64,000 nucleotides of DNA from Oscillospiraceae bacterium (GTDB taxonomy: Bacteria; Bacillota; Clostridia; Oscillospirales; CAG-272): positions 9,145 through 73,144 of the forward strand of contig SVSX01000003.1 in the NCBI GenBank assembly GCA_015064085.1. Reading direction: 5' to 3'. The notes under the pieces are model-generated. The model worked only from the letters and a program-made list of their open reading frames with translations. It ran no database searches and was not told where the DNA came from. Position 1 is the stretch's first letter; every line of letters begins with the position of its first letter. The translations under genes and the position numbers were made by a program. Positions 9,327 to 17,858 of this stretch are shown in pieces.

Positions 9327-9379
9327 TACGATGTTCCTTGTTTTCCGTCAAAACGCATATCTATTTTTTATAAATCTTC

Positions 9380-9408
9380 TTGACAGGGAATAGGAAAAAC
9401 TGTATAAT
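9380..9408 (+). promoter_or_regulatory. consensus sigma-A promoter of the rnf operon
   Basis: TTGACA (9380-9385), 17-nt spacer, TATAAT (9403-9408), about 90 nt upstream of rnfC. Confidence 0.7.
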
Positions 9409-9495
9409 ATAATTGTATAAAAAATTGGCGCACTTTTAGGATATATATCTTCACGTGCGCCTTTTTCACAAATATAAATACGGAAGGTATTCGTT

Positions 9496-10830
9496 ATGCT
9501 CGCATTTCGTTTTTTAGGTAAAACTCATTTGCCACATAATAAAAATACGTCGATGCTTTCTGCGGTGGAAATGCCGCCTCCCGCAGAGGTGCTTATTCCA
9601 TTGCTTCAGCACATAGGCGCGCCCGCAGAGGCTATCGTGAAGAACGGTGACTACGTGAAGGTCGGTCAGAAGATCGCCGAGGCATCGGGATACGTCTCGT
9701 CGCCGATATACGCGTCGGTATCAGGTACTGTCGGAAAGCCCGAGGAGTATCTTCGTGCCGACGGAAGAAAAGTTCCCGCTATAAGAATAGTGTCCGACGG
9801 TGAAATGGCGCTTTTTGAAGAGATAGCTCCTCCCACAGTGTCGGATCTTGACTCGCTGATCCTTGCGGCAAGAGAGTCGGGTGTTGTGGGACTTGGCGGC
9901 GCGGGATTTCCTCTTTCCGTGAAGCTTGACGCTCTGAAAAAGGGAAATATCGACACGGTGGTCTTCAACGGCGCTGAGTGTGAGCCGTATATTACAAGCG
10001 ACACAAGAACTATGATCGATCAGGCCGACAGAATAAAATACGGTCTTGAGCTTATAGAAAAGTACGCGCCTACAGTCAAGAAATTTATTTTTGGAATAGA
10101 GAAAAACAAGCCCGAGGCGATAGCTAAGATGAGGCAGATCTTCTCGGGTTCGGACAAGGTCACGGTGAAGCCTCTTCATCCGAGATATCCTCAAGGCGCT
10201 GAGAAGGTGCTCATATTCAATACCACGGGACGTACAGTACCCGAGGGCAAGCTCCCCGCTGACGTTGGCGTTCTGGTTATGAACGTCAGCACACTTGCGG
10301 CATTCGCGGAATACTGCGAGAGCGGTATGCCCCTTGTCAGCAGGAATATCACTCTCGACGGAGGCGCTGTAGCAAAGCCAATGAATATAAAAGCTCCTAT
10401 AGGAACGGCTATCCACGATATAATCGAGTTTGGCGGCGGTACTAAGGAGAATGTCGGAAAGATACTTCTCGGCGGACCTATGATGGGAAGCGCTGTATAT
10501 TCCTCTGACGAGCCCGTGACAAAGACCACGGGAGCTATCACAGTGCTCGGCATCAAGGAATCGTTACAGCCTACAGAATCCCCCTGTATTCGCTGCGGAA
10601 GGTGCGCGGAATCCTGCCCTCATAACCTGATACCCGACAGCTTTTCAAAGGCTCTTGAGCTTGATAACAAGGAGGAGAGAATAAACCTGCTTGAAAAGAA
10701 CAAGATAATGCTTTGTATGGAGTGCGGCTGCTGCTCCTACGTCTGCCCCGCGGGAAGACCGCTGGTGCAGAACAACAAGCTTGCAAAGGCGGAGTACCGT
10801 GCGCATCTTGCAAGTCTTAAGGATAAATAA
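9496..10830 (+). CDS. rnfC: Rnf electron transport complex subunit C
   Basis: RnfC pattern with an NADH/FMN-binding region (GLGGAGFP) and two C-terminal 4Fe-4S motifs (CIRCGRCAESCP, CMECGCCSYVCP). Confidence 0.92.
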   Translation: MLAFRFLGKTHLPHNKNTSMLSAVEMPPPAEVLIPLLQHIGAPAEAIVKNGDYVKVGQKIAEASGYVSSPIYASVSGTVGKPEEYLRADGRKVPAIRIVSDGEMALFEEIAPPTVSDLDSLILAARESGVVGLGGAGFPLSVKLDALKKGNIDTVVFNGAECEPYITSDTRTMIDQADRIKYGLELIEKYAPTVKKFIFGIEKNKPEAIAKMRQIFSGSDKVTVKPLHPRYPQGAEKVLIFNTTGRTVPEGKLPADVGVLVMNVSTLAAFAEYCESGMPLVSRNITLDGGAVAKPMNIKAPIGTAIHDIIEFGGGTKENVGKILLGGPMMGSAVYSSDEPVTKTTGAITVLGIKESLQPTESPCIRCGRCAESCPHNLIPDSFSKALELDNKEERINLLEKNKIMLCMECGCCSYVCPAGRPLVQNNKLAKAEYRAHLASLKDK

Positions 10831-10845
10831 GGGAAGGAGATAGTA

Positions 10846-11784
10846 ATGGAACATCTGGTCGTAAGCTCGTCACCCCACATACACACGGGAACAAATACGA
10901 GCAAGATAATGCGCGACGTTGTGATCGCACTTTTGCCCGCGGCGGTAGCTTCGGCTCTGCTTTTCGGTCTTAAGGCGCTGGCTATCATACTTGTATCTGT
11001 GGCAAGCGCGGTGCTCTCCGAGTATCTCTTTAACCTTGCGTGTAAGAAAAAACAGACCGTCACCGACCTCAGCGCTGTGGTCACAGGTCTTCTGTTAGCG
11101 CTCAATCTGCCCCTTAAGGTCGAGCTCTGGCAGTGCGCTGTAGGCGCGGCTTTCGGTATCGTTGTGGTAAAATGCTTCTTCGGAGGTATCGGAAAGAACT
11201 TTGCAAACCCCGCTATTGCCGCGAGAGTATTTCTTATAATCGCTTTCGGACAGGTGGCGGGAGGCTCTGCCACAAGATTTGCCGAGCTCGAAAGCGGAGC
11301 AACCCCCCTTGTGGTCATTGAAAGCGGAGAGGGAAGTCTCCCCTCGCTTTTCGAGATGTTTATAGGAAACAGAGGAGGAGCTATAGGTGAGACCTGCGCC
11401 CTCGCTCTGATAATCGGATTTGTCTATCTTCTTGTGAGAAAGGTGATAAGCTGGCATACCCCCGTTTTCTTTGTGGCAACGGTATTTGTGCTTTCGCTTA
11501 TTGTTAAGCAGGATCTTACCCTTGCGCTCTACGAGGTGCTCAGCGGAGGTCTGCTTATCGGCGCTATATTTATGGCGACCGATTACGTTACCTCGCCGAC
11601 TCACAAGACGGGAAAGGTCATCTTTGCCATTGGCTGCGGAATTATCACCATACTTATAAGATTCTGGGGCTCTTACCCGGAGGGCGTTTCCTTTGCGATA
11701 CTCTTTATGAATATCCTCGCGCCCTATATTGAAAAGATAAATATAAAGAAGCCGCTGGGAGGTATAAAAGATGGTAAAAAGTAA
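10846..11784 (+). CDS. rnfD: Rnf complex subunit D (membrane, flavinylated)
   Basis: N-terminus SSSPHIH. Polytopic membrane protein with an NqrB/RnfD pattern and conserved position in rnfCDGEAB order. Confidence 0.9.
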   Translation: MEHLVVSSSPHIHTGTNTSKIMRDVVIALLPAAVASALLFGLKALAIILVSVASAVLSEYLFNLACKKKQTVTDLSAVVTGLLLALNLPLKVELWQCAVGAAFGIVVVKCFFGGIGKNFANPAIAARVFLIIAFGQVAGGSATRFAELESGATPLVVIESGEGSLPSLFEMFIGNRGGAIGETCALALIIGFVYLLVRKVISWHTPVFFVATVFVLSLIVKQDLTLALYEVLSGGLLIGAIFMATDYVTSPTHKTGKVIFAIGCGIITILIRFWGSYPEGVSFAILFMNILAPYIEKINIKKPLGGIKDGKK

Positions 11785-12934
11785 GCTTATGCCAACTATT
11801 GTGCTTTCAGCTATATGCGTCGCGGTGGCGCTTCTCCTTGCGGGGGTCAATACCTTTACCCTGCCGAGGATAGAGGCGGCTCAGGCGGAAAAGGCAAATG
11901 CCGCTCTGATTGAGGTGTTGCCCGGCGGAGGCGATTTCGAGGAGATCCCGATCGAGGGAATGCCCACGGAGGTCACGGCGGCGTACAAGTCGTCAAACGG
12001 AGGATACGTCTTTCAGATGACGGTTACGGGATATAAGCCCGGGCTTGTGATAATGTGCGGAATAGACTCCGACGGAAAGATCGCGGGAGCGAAATTTATT
12101 CAGTCAAACGAGACCCTTTCAGCCGAGGTCGGTCTTGGTGATAAGTTTGTGGGATACGACAGAGAGTCGATAACTACAGACATAATCGCAGGACCTACCG
12201 CGAAGCTTACCACAAACGCGTACTATCAGGCTATTGAGGCGGCGCTTAACGCCTTTGAGATCGCTAACGGAGGAAGCGTTGATCTTCGCACTCCCGAGGA
12301 GATACTGCAGGATAACTGCAATGACGCTATGGGCAGCGAGGGAGTCAGATATGAAAAATGGTTTGCCTATGAGGCGCTTGGCGAGTCCACAGAGATATAT
12401 ACTGCCGAGGACGGCAGCGCTGTGGTCCTTGTCGGAGAGACCTACGTAGGTATAAAAAATGACGGAAGCTTCGCTAAGGAGAGTGAGCTTTCGGCAGAGA
12501 TCAAGGAAAAGGCAAAAGCCGCTTACGGTATATACTCATCGGCTGAGCTTACCGAGGTCGTAAAGCCTGAGGGTGTGAGCTCCGACGTTGAGAAGATCTA
12601 CGTCAGCGGAAGCGGAAATTATCTCTTTGAGCTTCGGGCGCGGGGCTACGGAATAGTTGGAGACAAGTACGCCTCGGGCGAGTTCATAAAGCTTAAGCTT
12701 GTGATCGGTAAGGACGGAAGGATAATGTCTATCCTCACCACGTATCAGAAGGAATCTCCGAACGTTGGTGACGTCACGATAGATCCCGAATACTACGAGC
12801 AGTATAACGGAAAGGGCGCTTCGGACTACGAGAGCGTTGCTACAGTGTCGGGCGCTACCGTTTCTACCACGGGATATAAGAACGCAATAAAGATAGCCTT
12901 TGAGGCTTATGAAATACTGAAGGGAGGAAACTGA
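11771..12934 (+). CDS. rnfG: Rnf complex subunit G, about twice the usual length, with two FMN_bind-like modules
   Basis: N-terminal TM anchor. The first module ends IIAGPTAKLTTNAYYQAIEAAL (degenerate). The second ends with canonical VATVSGATVSTTGYKNAIKIAF. 387 aa. Confidence 0.85.
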   Translation: MVKSKLMPTIVLSAICVAVALLLAGVNTFTLPRIEAAQAEKANAALIEVLPGGGDFEEIPIEGMPTEVTAAYKSSNGGYVFQMTVTGYKPGLVIMCGIDSDGKIAGAKFIQSNETLSAEVGLGDKFVGYDRESITTDIIAGPTAKLTTNAYYQAIEAALNAFEIANGGSVDLRTPEEILQDNCNDAMGSEGVRYEKWFAYEALGESTEIYTAEDGSAVVLVGETYVGIKNDGSFAKESELSAEIKEKAKAAYGIYSSAELTEVVKPEGVSSDVEKIYVSGSGNYLFELRARGYGIVGDKYASGEFIKLKLVIGKDGRIMSILTTYQKESPNVGDVTIDPEYYEQYNGKGASDYESVATVSGATVSTTGYKNAIKIAFEAYEILKGGN

Positions 12935-12935
12935 A

Positions 12936-13637
12936 ATGTCGGGAACTAAAAAGCTTTCTATCCTTCTTCAGGGAATAATCAAGGAAAACCCCGTTCTGAT
13001 ACTCGTTCTCGGAACGTGTCCCACACTTGCAACGACCTCCTCTGTGATATCGGCTCTGTCTATGGGAATTGCGGCAACCTTTGTGCTTGTAGGCTCGAAC
13101 GCCGTTATTTCAGCACTCAGAAACGTGATCCCCGACACTGTCAGAATTCCTTGCTATATAGTCATCATAGCGGGATTCGTTACGGCACTGCAGATGCTGC
13201 TTCAGGCATATCTGCCGTCTATTTACGATATGTTGGGTGTATATCTCGCGCTTATTGTGGTAAACTGTATTATACTCGGAAGGGCTGAGATGTACGCGAG
13301 AAAAAACAGCGTTGTTGATTCTGCTCTCGACGGACTCGGAATGGGTCTTGGATTCCTTTTCGCACTGCTCGTTATGTCTACCATTCGCGAGGTCATCGGC
13401 GCGGGTTCATTTGCGGGAATTGCAATACCCTTTGTTGAAAACTATAAGATCCCGATACTCACTCAAGCCCCCGGAGGATATCTTGTTTTCGGTATCGTTA
13501 TAGCTACCATGAACAAGCTGACCTCAAAGCGCGGCGGAGTGAAGAGAAAATCCTTCTCCTGCGAGGGCTGTCCATCGGCTGAGGGCTGCTCGGGCGGTTG
13601 CAATGCGGAGAAGGGAGAGGAGGAAGCAGACGTATGA
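12936..13637 (+). CDS. rnfE: Rnf complex subunit E with Cys-rich C-terminal tail
   Basis: NqrD/RnfE polytopic pattern (NPVLILVLGTCPTLATT). Extra tail SCEGCPSAEGCSGGCNAEKGEEEADV. Confidence 0.9.
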   Translation: MSGTKKLSILLQGIIKENPVLILVLGTCPTLATTSSVISALSMGIAATFVLVGSNAVISALRNVIPDTVRIPCYIVIIAGFVTALQMLLQAYLPSIYDMLGVYLALIVVNCIILGRAEMYARKNSVVDSALDGLGMGLGFLFALLVMSTIREVIGAGSFAGIAIPFVENYKIPILTQAPGGYLVFGIVIATMNKLTSKRGGVKRKSFSCEGCPSAEGCSGGCNAEKGEEEADV

Positions 13638-14230
13638 TTTATAAGGAATTGATACTGATACTTATGGGTGGAGTTCTTGTTAACAACTACGTTCTTCAAC
13701 AGTTCCTCGGAATTTGTCCCTTCCTCGGAGTATCAAAAAAATTCGATCAGGCAAGCGGAATGGGAATAGCGGTAACCTTCGTAATGCTCTTTGCGACGGC
13801 GGCGACCTGGCCTATCTACAGCTATCTGCTGAAGCCTATGAAGCTTGAATTTTTGCAGATAATCGTTTTCATACTTGTTATAGCGACTCTTGTGCAGTTC
13901 GTTGAAATAATACTGAAGCGTTTTATTCCCGCCCTGTTCAAGGCGCTGGGTGTATATCTTCCCCTTATAACCACAAACTGCGCGGTTCTTGGTGTCACAC
14001 TTAACAACATAACCGACGGATACGGATTTCTTGAGTCTATGGTATCCTCGCTTGGAGTCGGACTTGGCTTCTGGCTTGCGATGGTGCTCTTTGCGGGAGT
14101 CAGATCGAGAATAGAGCCTAAAGCTCCCACCAAGGCACTCAGAGGTCTTCCCGTGACGTTGGCGGCGGCATCCATAGTCGCGATGGCATTCTACGGCTTC
14201 TCGGGCGTGGTCGAAAATTTATTGGCATAG
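13634..14230 (+). CDS. rnfA: Rnf complex subunit A
   Basis: Start MIYKELIL overlaps the rnfE stop (ATGA). NqrE/RnfA pattern (NNYVLQQFLGICPFLGVS). Confidence 0.9.
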   Translation: MIYKELILILMGGVLVNNYVLQQFLGICPFLGVSKKFDQASGMGIAVTFVMLFATAATWPIYSYLLKPMKLEFLQIIVFILVIATLVQFVEIILKRFIPALFKALGVYLPLITTNCAVLGVTLNNITDGYGFLESMVSSLGVGLGFWLAMVLFAGVRSRIEPKAPTKALRGLPVTLAAASIVAMAFYGFSGVVENLLA

Positions 14231-14240
14231 AGGTGAGTTT

Positions 14241-15053
14241 ATGATAATATTAATTCCCGTTCTTATCTGTCTGGGAATTGCCGTTGTGTGTGCCGTGATA
14301 CTTACGGTGACCTCGGTATTTTTCTCGGTCAAGGAAGACGAGAAGGCGGTCCGTCTGCGTGACTGTCTTGCGGGGGCTAACTGCGGCGCTTGCGGATACA
14401 GCGGCTGTGACGGATATGCCAAGGCGCTTTACGACGGAAGCTGCGACAAGGTCAACCTTTGTACGCCCGGCGGTGACGCGGTGGCAAAGGAGCTTTCGGA
14501 AATACTCGGAGTTGAGGCTCAGGACGTGGTTGAGCAGGTGGCTTACGTTGCCTGTAACGGAAATTGCGACGCTATTCCGAGGAGATATAACTATCAGGGA
14601 ATACAGAGCTGCAAGGCGGCAAATATGAACTATTCGGGAGATAAGTTCTGTACATACGCTTGTCTTGGATACGGAGACTGCGCGGCGGTCTGCCCCAACG
14701 ATGCCATCGAGATAAAGGACGGCGTCGCTCAGGTAATAAGCAGAAAATGTATCGGCTGCGGAATGTGCGCAAGGGCTTGTCCCAACGGTATAATCCACCT
14801 TATTGCCGACGTTTCACGCGTTGCTGTCGTTTGCTCAAACAAGGACAAGGGCGCTCTCACGAGAAAATATTGCAACAGTGGCTGTATCGGCTGCGGAATG
14901 TGCAAACGCCACTGTCCCGAGGGAGCTATTTCGATCGAGAACAATCTTGCGGTGATAGATTACGAAAAATGCTCGAGGTGCGGAAAATGTACCGAGGTAT
15001 GCCCCGTAGGCTGTATCAAGGAAGCCGACTATACGGGCGCAACTAAACACTGA
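14241..15053 (+). CDS. rnfB: Rnf complex subunit B (polyferredoxin)
   Basis: N-terminal TM helix, then a CxxCxxxxC cluster (CGACGYSGC) and several CxxCxxCxxxCP ferredoxin motifs. Confidence 0.9.
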   Translation: MIILIPVLICLGIAVVCAVILTVTSVFFSVKEDEKAVRLRDCLAGANCGACGYSGCDGYAKALYDGSCDKVNLCTPGGDAVAKELSEILGVEAQDVVEQVAYVACNGNCDAIPRRYNYQGIQSCKAANMNYSGDKFCTYACLGYGDCAAVCPNDAIEIKDGVAQVISRKCIGCGMCARACPNGIIHLIADVSRVAVVCSNKDKGALTRKYCNSGCIGCGMCKRHCPEGAISIENNLAVIDYEKCSRCGKCTEVCPVGCIKEADYTGATKH

Positions 15054-15073
15054 TTTTTTGGAGGCAGAGCCTT

Positions 15074-15442
15074 ATGGAGAAAAAAAGAAGGATATTTTAC
15101 GACGTTCTTTTGATCTCGGTATTGCTCTGCCTTTCGCTTTGCCTTCTGCTCGTGACCTTTCTTACCAAAAGGAGCGGAGAGCTGGTTTGTGTTGAGGTAA
15201 ACGGTGAGGCTGTGGCTGAGTACCGTCTTTCTGAGGATGGGGAATACTCGCTTAACGGTGGGACAAATCTGCTGAAGATCGAGAACGGCGAGGCGTATCT
15301 CACGTATGCCGACTGTCCTGACAAGACCTGCGTGAAAACGGGAAGGATCAGATACGTAGGGCAGAGCATTGTCTGCCTTCCGAACAAGGTGACCGTTGTG
15401 GTCCGCGGAAGCGGCAGTGGCGGTGTGGATCTTGTGTCATAA
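15074..15442 (+). CDS. NusG domain II-containing membrane-anchored protein
   Basis: N-terminal TM helix, then a small beta domain with CPDKTCV...IVCLPNKV, typical of the NusG_II/DUF1312 family that pairs with Gx transporters. Confidence 0.65.
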   Translation: MEKKRRIFYDVLLISVLLCLSLCLLLVTFLTKRSGELVCVEVNGEAVAEYRLSEDGEYSLNGGTNLLKIENGEAYLTYADCPDKTCVKTGRIRYVGQSIVCLPNKVTVVVRGSGSGGVDLVS

Positions 15443-15451
15443 GGAGGGAAT

Positions 15452-15949
15452 ATGGACAGAATAAAAAAGACGGTGCTTCTGGCAATGATGTCTGCCGTGG
15501 CGCTGGCTCTCTCGTTTCTTGAGTCCCAGATACCGACCTTTATCGCGATTCCCGGTGTCAAGCTCGGACTTGCGAATATCGCCGTGATCTTTGTGCTCTA
15601 CAAGCTTGGCGCGAAGGAGGCATTTGCCGTATCATTTGTGAGACTTATCGCCGTATTTTTACTTTTTGGCGGTGTGATGCCGCTTATATACAGTATTGCG
15701 GGTGCGCTTCTCAGCCTTTGTGTGATGCTGATATTAAAAGGACTTCCCACCTTTTCCGAGATCGGAGTCAGCGTGGCTGGGGGCGTTGCCCACAATATAG
15801 CTCAGGTGCTTGTGGCGGTATTCCTTCTTGACAGCTCGGCAATATTCCTTTATCTTCCCGCGCTGCTGCTTTCGGGAACGGTAGCGGGAGTGGTGATAGG
15901 CATTATTTCCGCTATACTTGTTAAAAGAGTTAAAATAAAAACGCTTTGA
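15452..15949 (+). CDS. Gx transporter family protein (heptaprenyl diphosphate synthase component I-like, PF07456-type)
   Basis: 165-aa five-TM protein. Pattern LSFLESQIP...PGVKLGLANI...GGVAHNIAQV. Confidence 0.7.
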   Translation: MDRIKKTVLLAMMSAVALALSFLESQIPTFIAIPGVKLGLANIAVIFVLYKLGAKEAFAVSFVRLIAVFLLFGGVMPLIYSIAGALLSLCVMLILKGLPTFSEIGVSVAGGVAHNIAQVLVAVFLLDSSAIFLYLPALLLSGTVAGVVIGIISAILVKRVKIKTL

Positions 15950-15976
15950 CTGACGAGCAGTCAAAGCGTTTTTTTA
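15941..15976. terminator. bidirectional rho-independent terminator between the rnf-associated operon and the convergent transketolase genes
   Basis: 12-bp perfect stem ACGCTTTGACTG / CAGTCAAAGCGT with an A-run on the left and a T-run on the right. Confidence 0.8.
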
Positions 15977-15987
15977 TGTTATTAAAA

Positions 15988-16926
15988 TTACTTCTTAAGA
16001 GCGATAGCAGCCTTAGCCTTCTCAACGATGTGAGCAGGTGTGAGACCGTACAGCTCAAGGAGAGGCTGGACCTTACCCGAACGGCCGAACTTATCCTCGA
16101 TACCGACGCGGAGTACGGGAGCGGGGCAACCTTCGCAAACTGCCTCGGATACAGCAGAACCGAGACCGCCCATAAGGTTGTGCTCCTCAGCGGTAACGAT
16201 AGCGCCTGTTTCCTTAGCCGCCTTAACGATGATATCCTTATCAAGAGGCTTGATGGTGTGGATATTGATAACTCTTGCGGAGATACCCTCCTCAGCGAGA
16301 AGCTTTGCAGCCTCAAGAGCCATATTTACCATAATACCTGTTGCAACGATGGTAACGTCCTTACCGTCAGCCATCTGAACGCCCTTACCGAGCTCGAACT
16401 TGTAATCCTCAGCGTTTACGTTCGGAACAGCCATACGTCCGAATCTGAGGTAAACAGGACCGTTTATGTTAAGAGCTGCCTCAACTGCCGCCTTTGCCTC
16501 AATAGCGTCTGCGGGGTTGATAACTACCATACCGGGGATAGAACGCATAAGAGCGATATCCTCAAGGCACTGGTGTGTTGCTCCGTCCTCACCGACGGTG
16601 ATACCCGCGTGGGTAGCGCCGATCTTAACGTTGAGGTGGGGGTAACCGATCGAGTTACGAACCTGCTCGAAGGCTCTTCCTGCCGCGAACATAGCGAAGG
16701 AGGATGCGAAAACCGGCTTGCCTGTGGTTGCGATACCTGCCGCAACGCTTACCATATTGCCCTCTGCGATTCCGCAATCAAAGAATCTCTCGGGGAATTT
16801 CTTCTTGAATACACCTGTTTTTGTTGCTGCCGCAAGGTCTGCGTCCATAACAACGAAATCATACTTATCGCCAAGCTCAGCAAGGGCTGCGCCGTAGGCT
16901 TCTCTTGTAGCTATTTTATCTGCCAT
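15988..16926 (-). CDS. transketolase, C-terminal (pyrimidine-binding) subunit
   Basis: 312-aa protein with transketolase Pyr and C-terminal domain pattern (FFDCGIAEGNMVSVAAG). Adjacent to the N-terminal subunit gene. Confidence 0.9.
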   Translation of the reverse strand: MADKIATREAYGAALAELGDKYDFVVMDADLAAATKTGVFKKKFPERFFDCGIAEGNMVSVAAGIATTGKPVFASSFAMFAAGRAFEQVRNSIGYPHLNVKIGATHAGITVGEDGATHQCLEDIALMRSIPGMVVINPADAIEAKAAVEAALNINGPVYLRFGRMAVPNVNAEDYKFELGKGVQMADGKDVTIVATGIMVNMALEAAKLLAEEGISARVINIHTIKPLDKDIIVKAAKETGAIVTAEEHNLMGGLGSAVSEAVCEGCPAPVLRVGIEDKFGRSGKVQPLLELYGLTPAHIVEKAKAAIALKK

Positions 16927-16938
16927 GATAGTTCCTCC

Positions 16939-17778
16939 TTAAAGCGTTGCCTTGATATCGGCTACTGCTGTTGCGTACTGCTCGTCGTTGGGAGCTGCTC
17001 CGTGCCAGCTTACCTGATTTTCCATAAAGGATACGCCCTTACCCTTTGTTGTGTTAGCGATAATTGCGGTGGGCTTACCCTTTACAGTCTTAGCTGCTGC
17101 GAGAGCTGCCGCGATCTGATCGAAATCGTGACCGTCGATTGTGATGACGTTCCAGCCGAATGCCTCAAATTTCTTATCGTGAGGAGCGGGGTTCATAACC
17201 TCTGCGATAGGACCGTCGATCTGGAGACCGTTGAGGTCAACGAAGATGCAGAGATTGTCGAGCTTGTAGTGAGCGGCAAACATAGCTGCCTCCCAAACCT
17301 GACCCTCCTGTGTCTCACCGTCGCCGAGGATGGCGTAGGTTCTGTAGTCCTTGCCGTCGATCTTAGCCGCGAGAGCCATTCCGCAGGCTGCCGAGATGCC
17401 GAGACCGAGAGATCCCGAGGTCATATCAACACCGGGAGTCCCCTTCATATCGGGGTGACCCTGAAGGTAGGAGTCAACGTGACGGAATGTCTTGAGGTCC
17501 TCCTTGGGGAAGAATCCCTTTTCAGCGAGGATCGCGTAGAGCGCGGGCGCTGTGTGTCCCTTGGAGAGAACGAGTCTGTCTCTGTTGGGATCTTTGGGGT
17601 TCTTGGGGTCAACGTTCATTTCTTCAAAATAGAGATATGTGATGATATCTGCGATTGAGAGAGAGCCGCCGGGATGTCCCGAGCTTGCGCTGTGGACCTC
17701 CTCCAGAATGTCCAGACGGACATCTGCAGCGATCTTCTTTAAACGGTTAAGTTTTGCTTGTTCCATTTTTTTAATCAC
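16939..17778 (-). CDS. transketolase, N-terminal (thiamine diphosphate-binding) subunit
   Basis: SGHPGGSLS and GDGETQEG ThDP-binding motifs. 279 aa. Confidence 0.9.
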   Translation of the reverse strand: MIKKMEQAKLNRLKKIAADVRLDILEEVHSASSGHPGGSLSIADIITYLYFEEMNVDPKNPKDPNRDRLVLSKGHTAPALYAILAEKGFFPKEDLKTFRHVDSYLQGHPDMKGTPGVDMTSGSLGLGISAACGMALAAKIDGKDYRTYAILGDGETQEGQVWEAAMFAAHYKLDNLCIFVDLNGLQIDGPIAEVMNPAPHDKKFEAFGWNVITIDGHDFDQIAAALAAAKTVKGKPTAIIANTTKGKGVSFMENQVSWHGAAPNDEQYATAVADIKATL

Positions 17779-17858
17779 CTTTCATTAATTGTTACTTAAT
17801 TATATTACATTATTCTCAAAAAGTCAATAGCTTGACAATTATTCCACAATATTTATTA

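Noticed and set aside
15946-17658. 570-aa ORF on the plus strand across the transketolase genes
   Set aside because: It is antisense to two well-supported transketolase subunit genes. The translation is low-complexity (Cys/Leu/Ser/Val-rich) with no RBS. It is explained by codon bias that avoids TTA/CTA/TCA in the sense frame.
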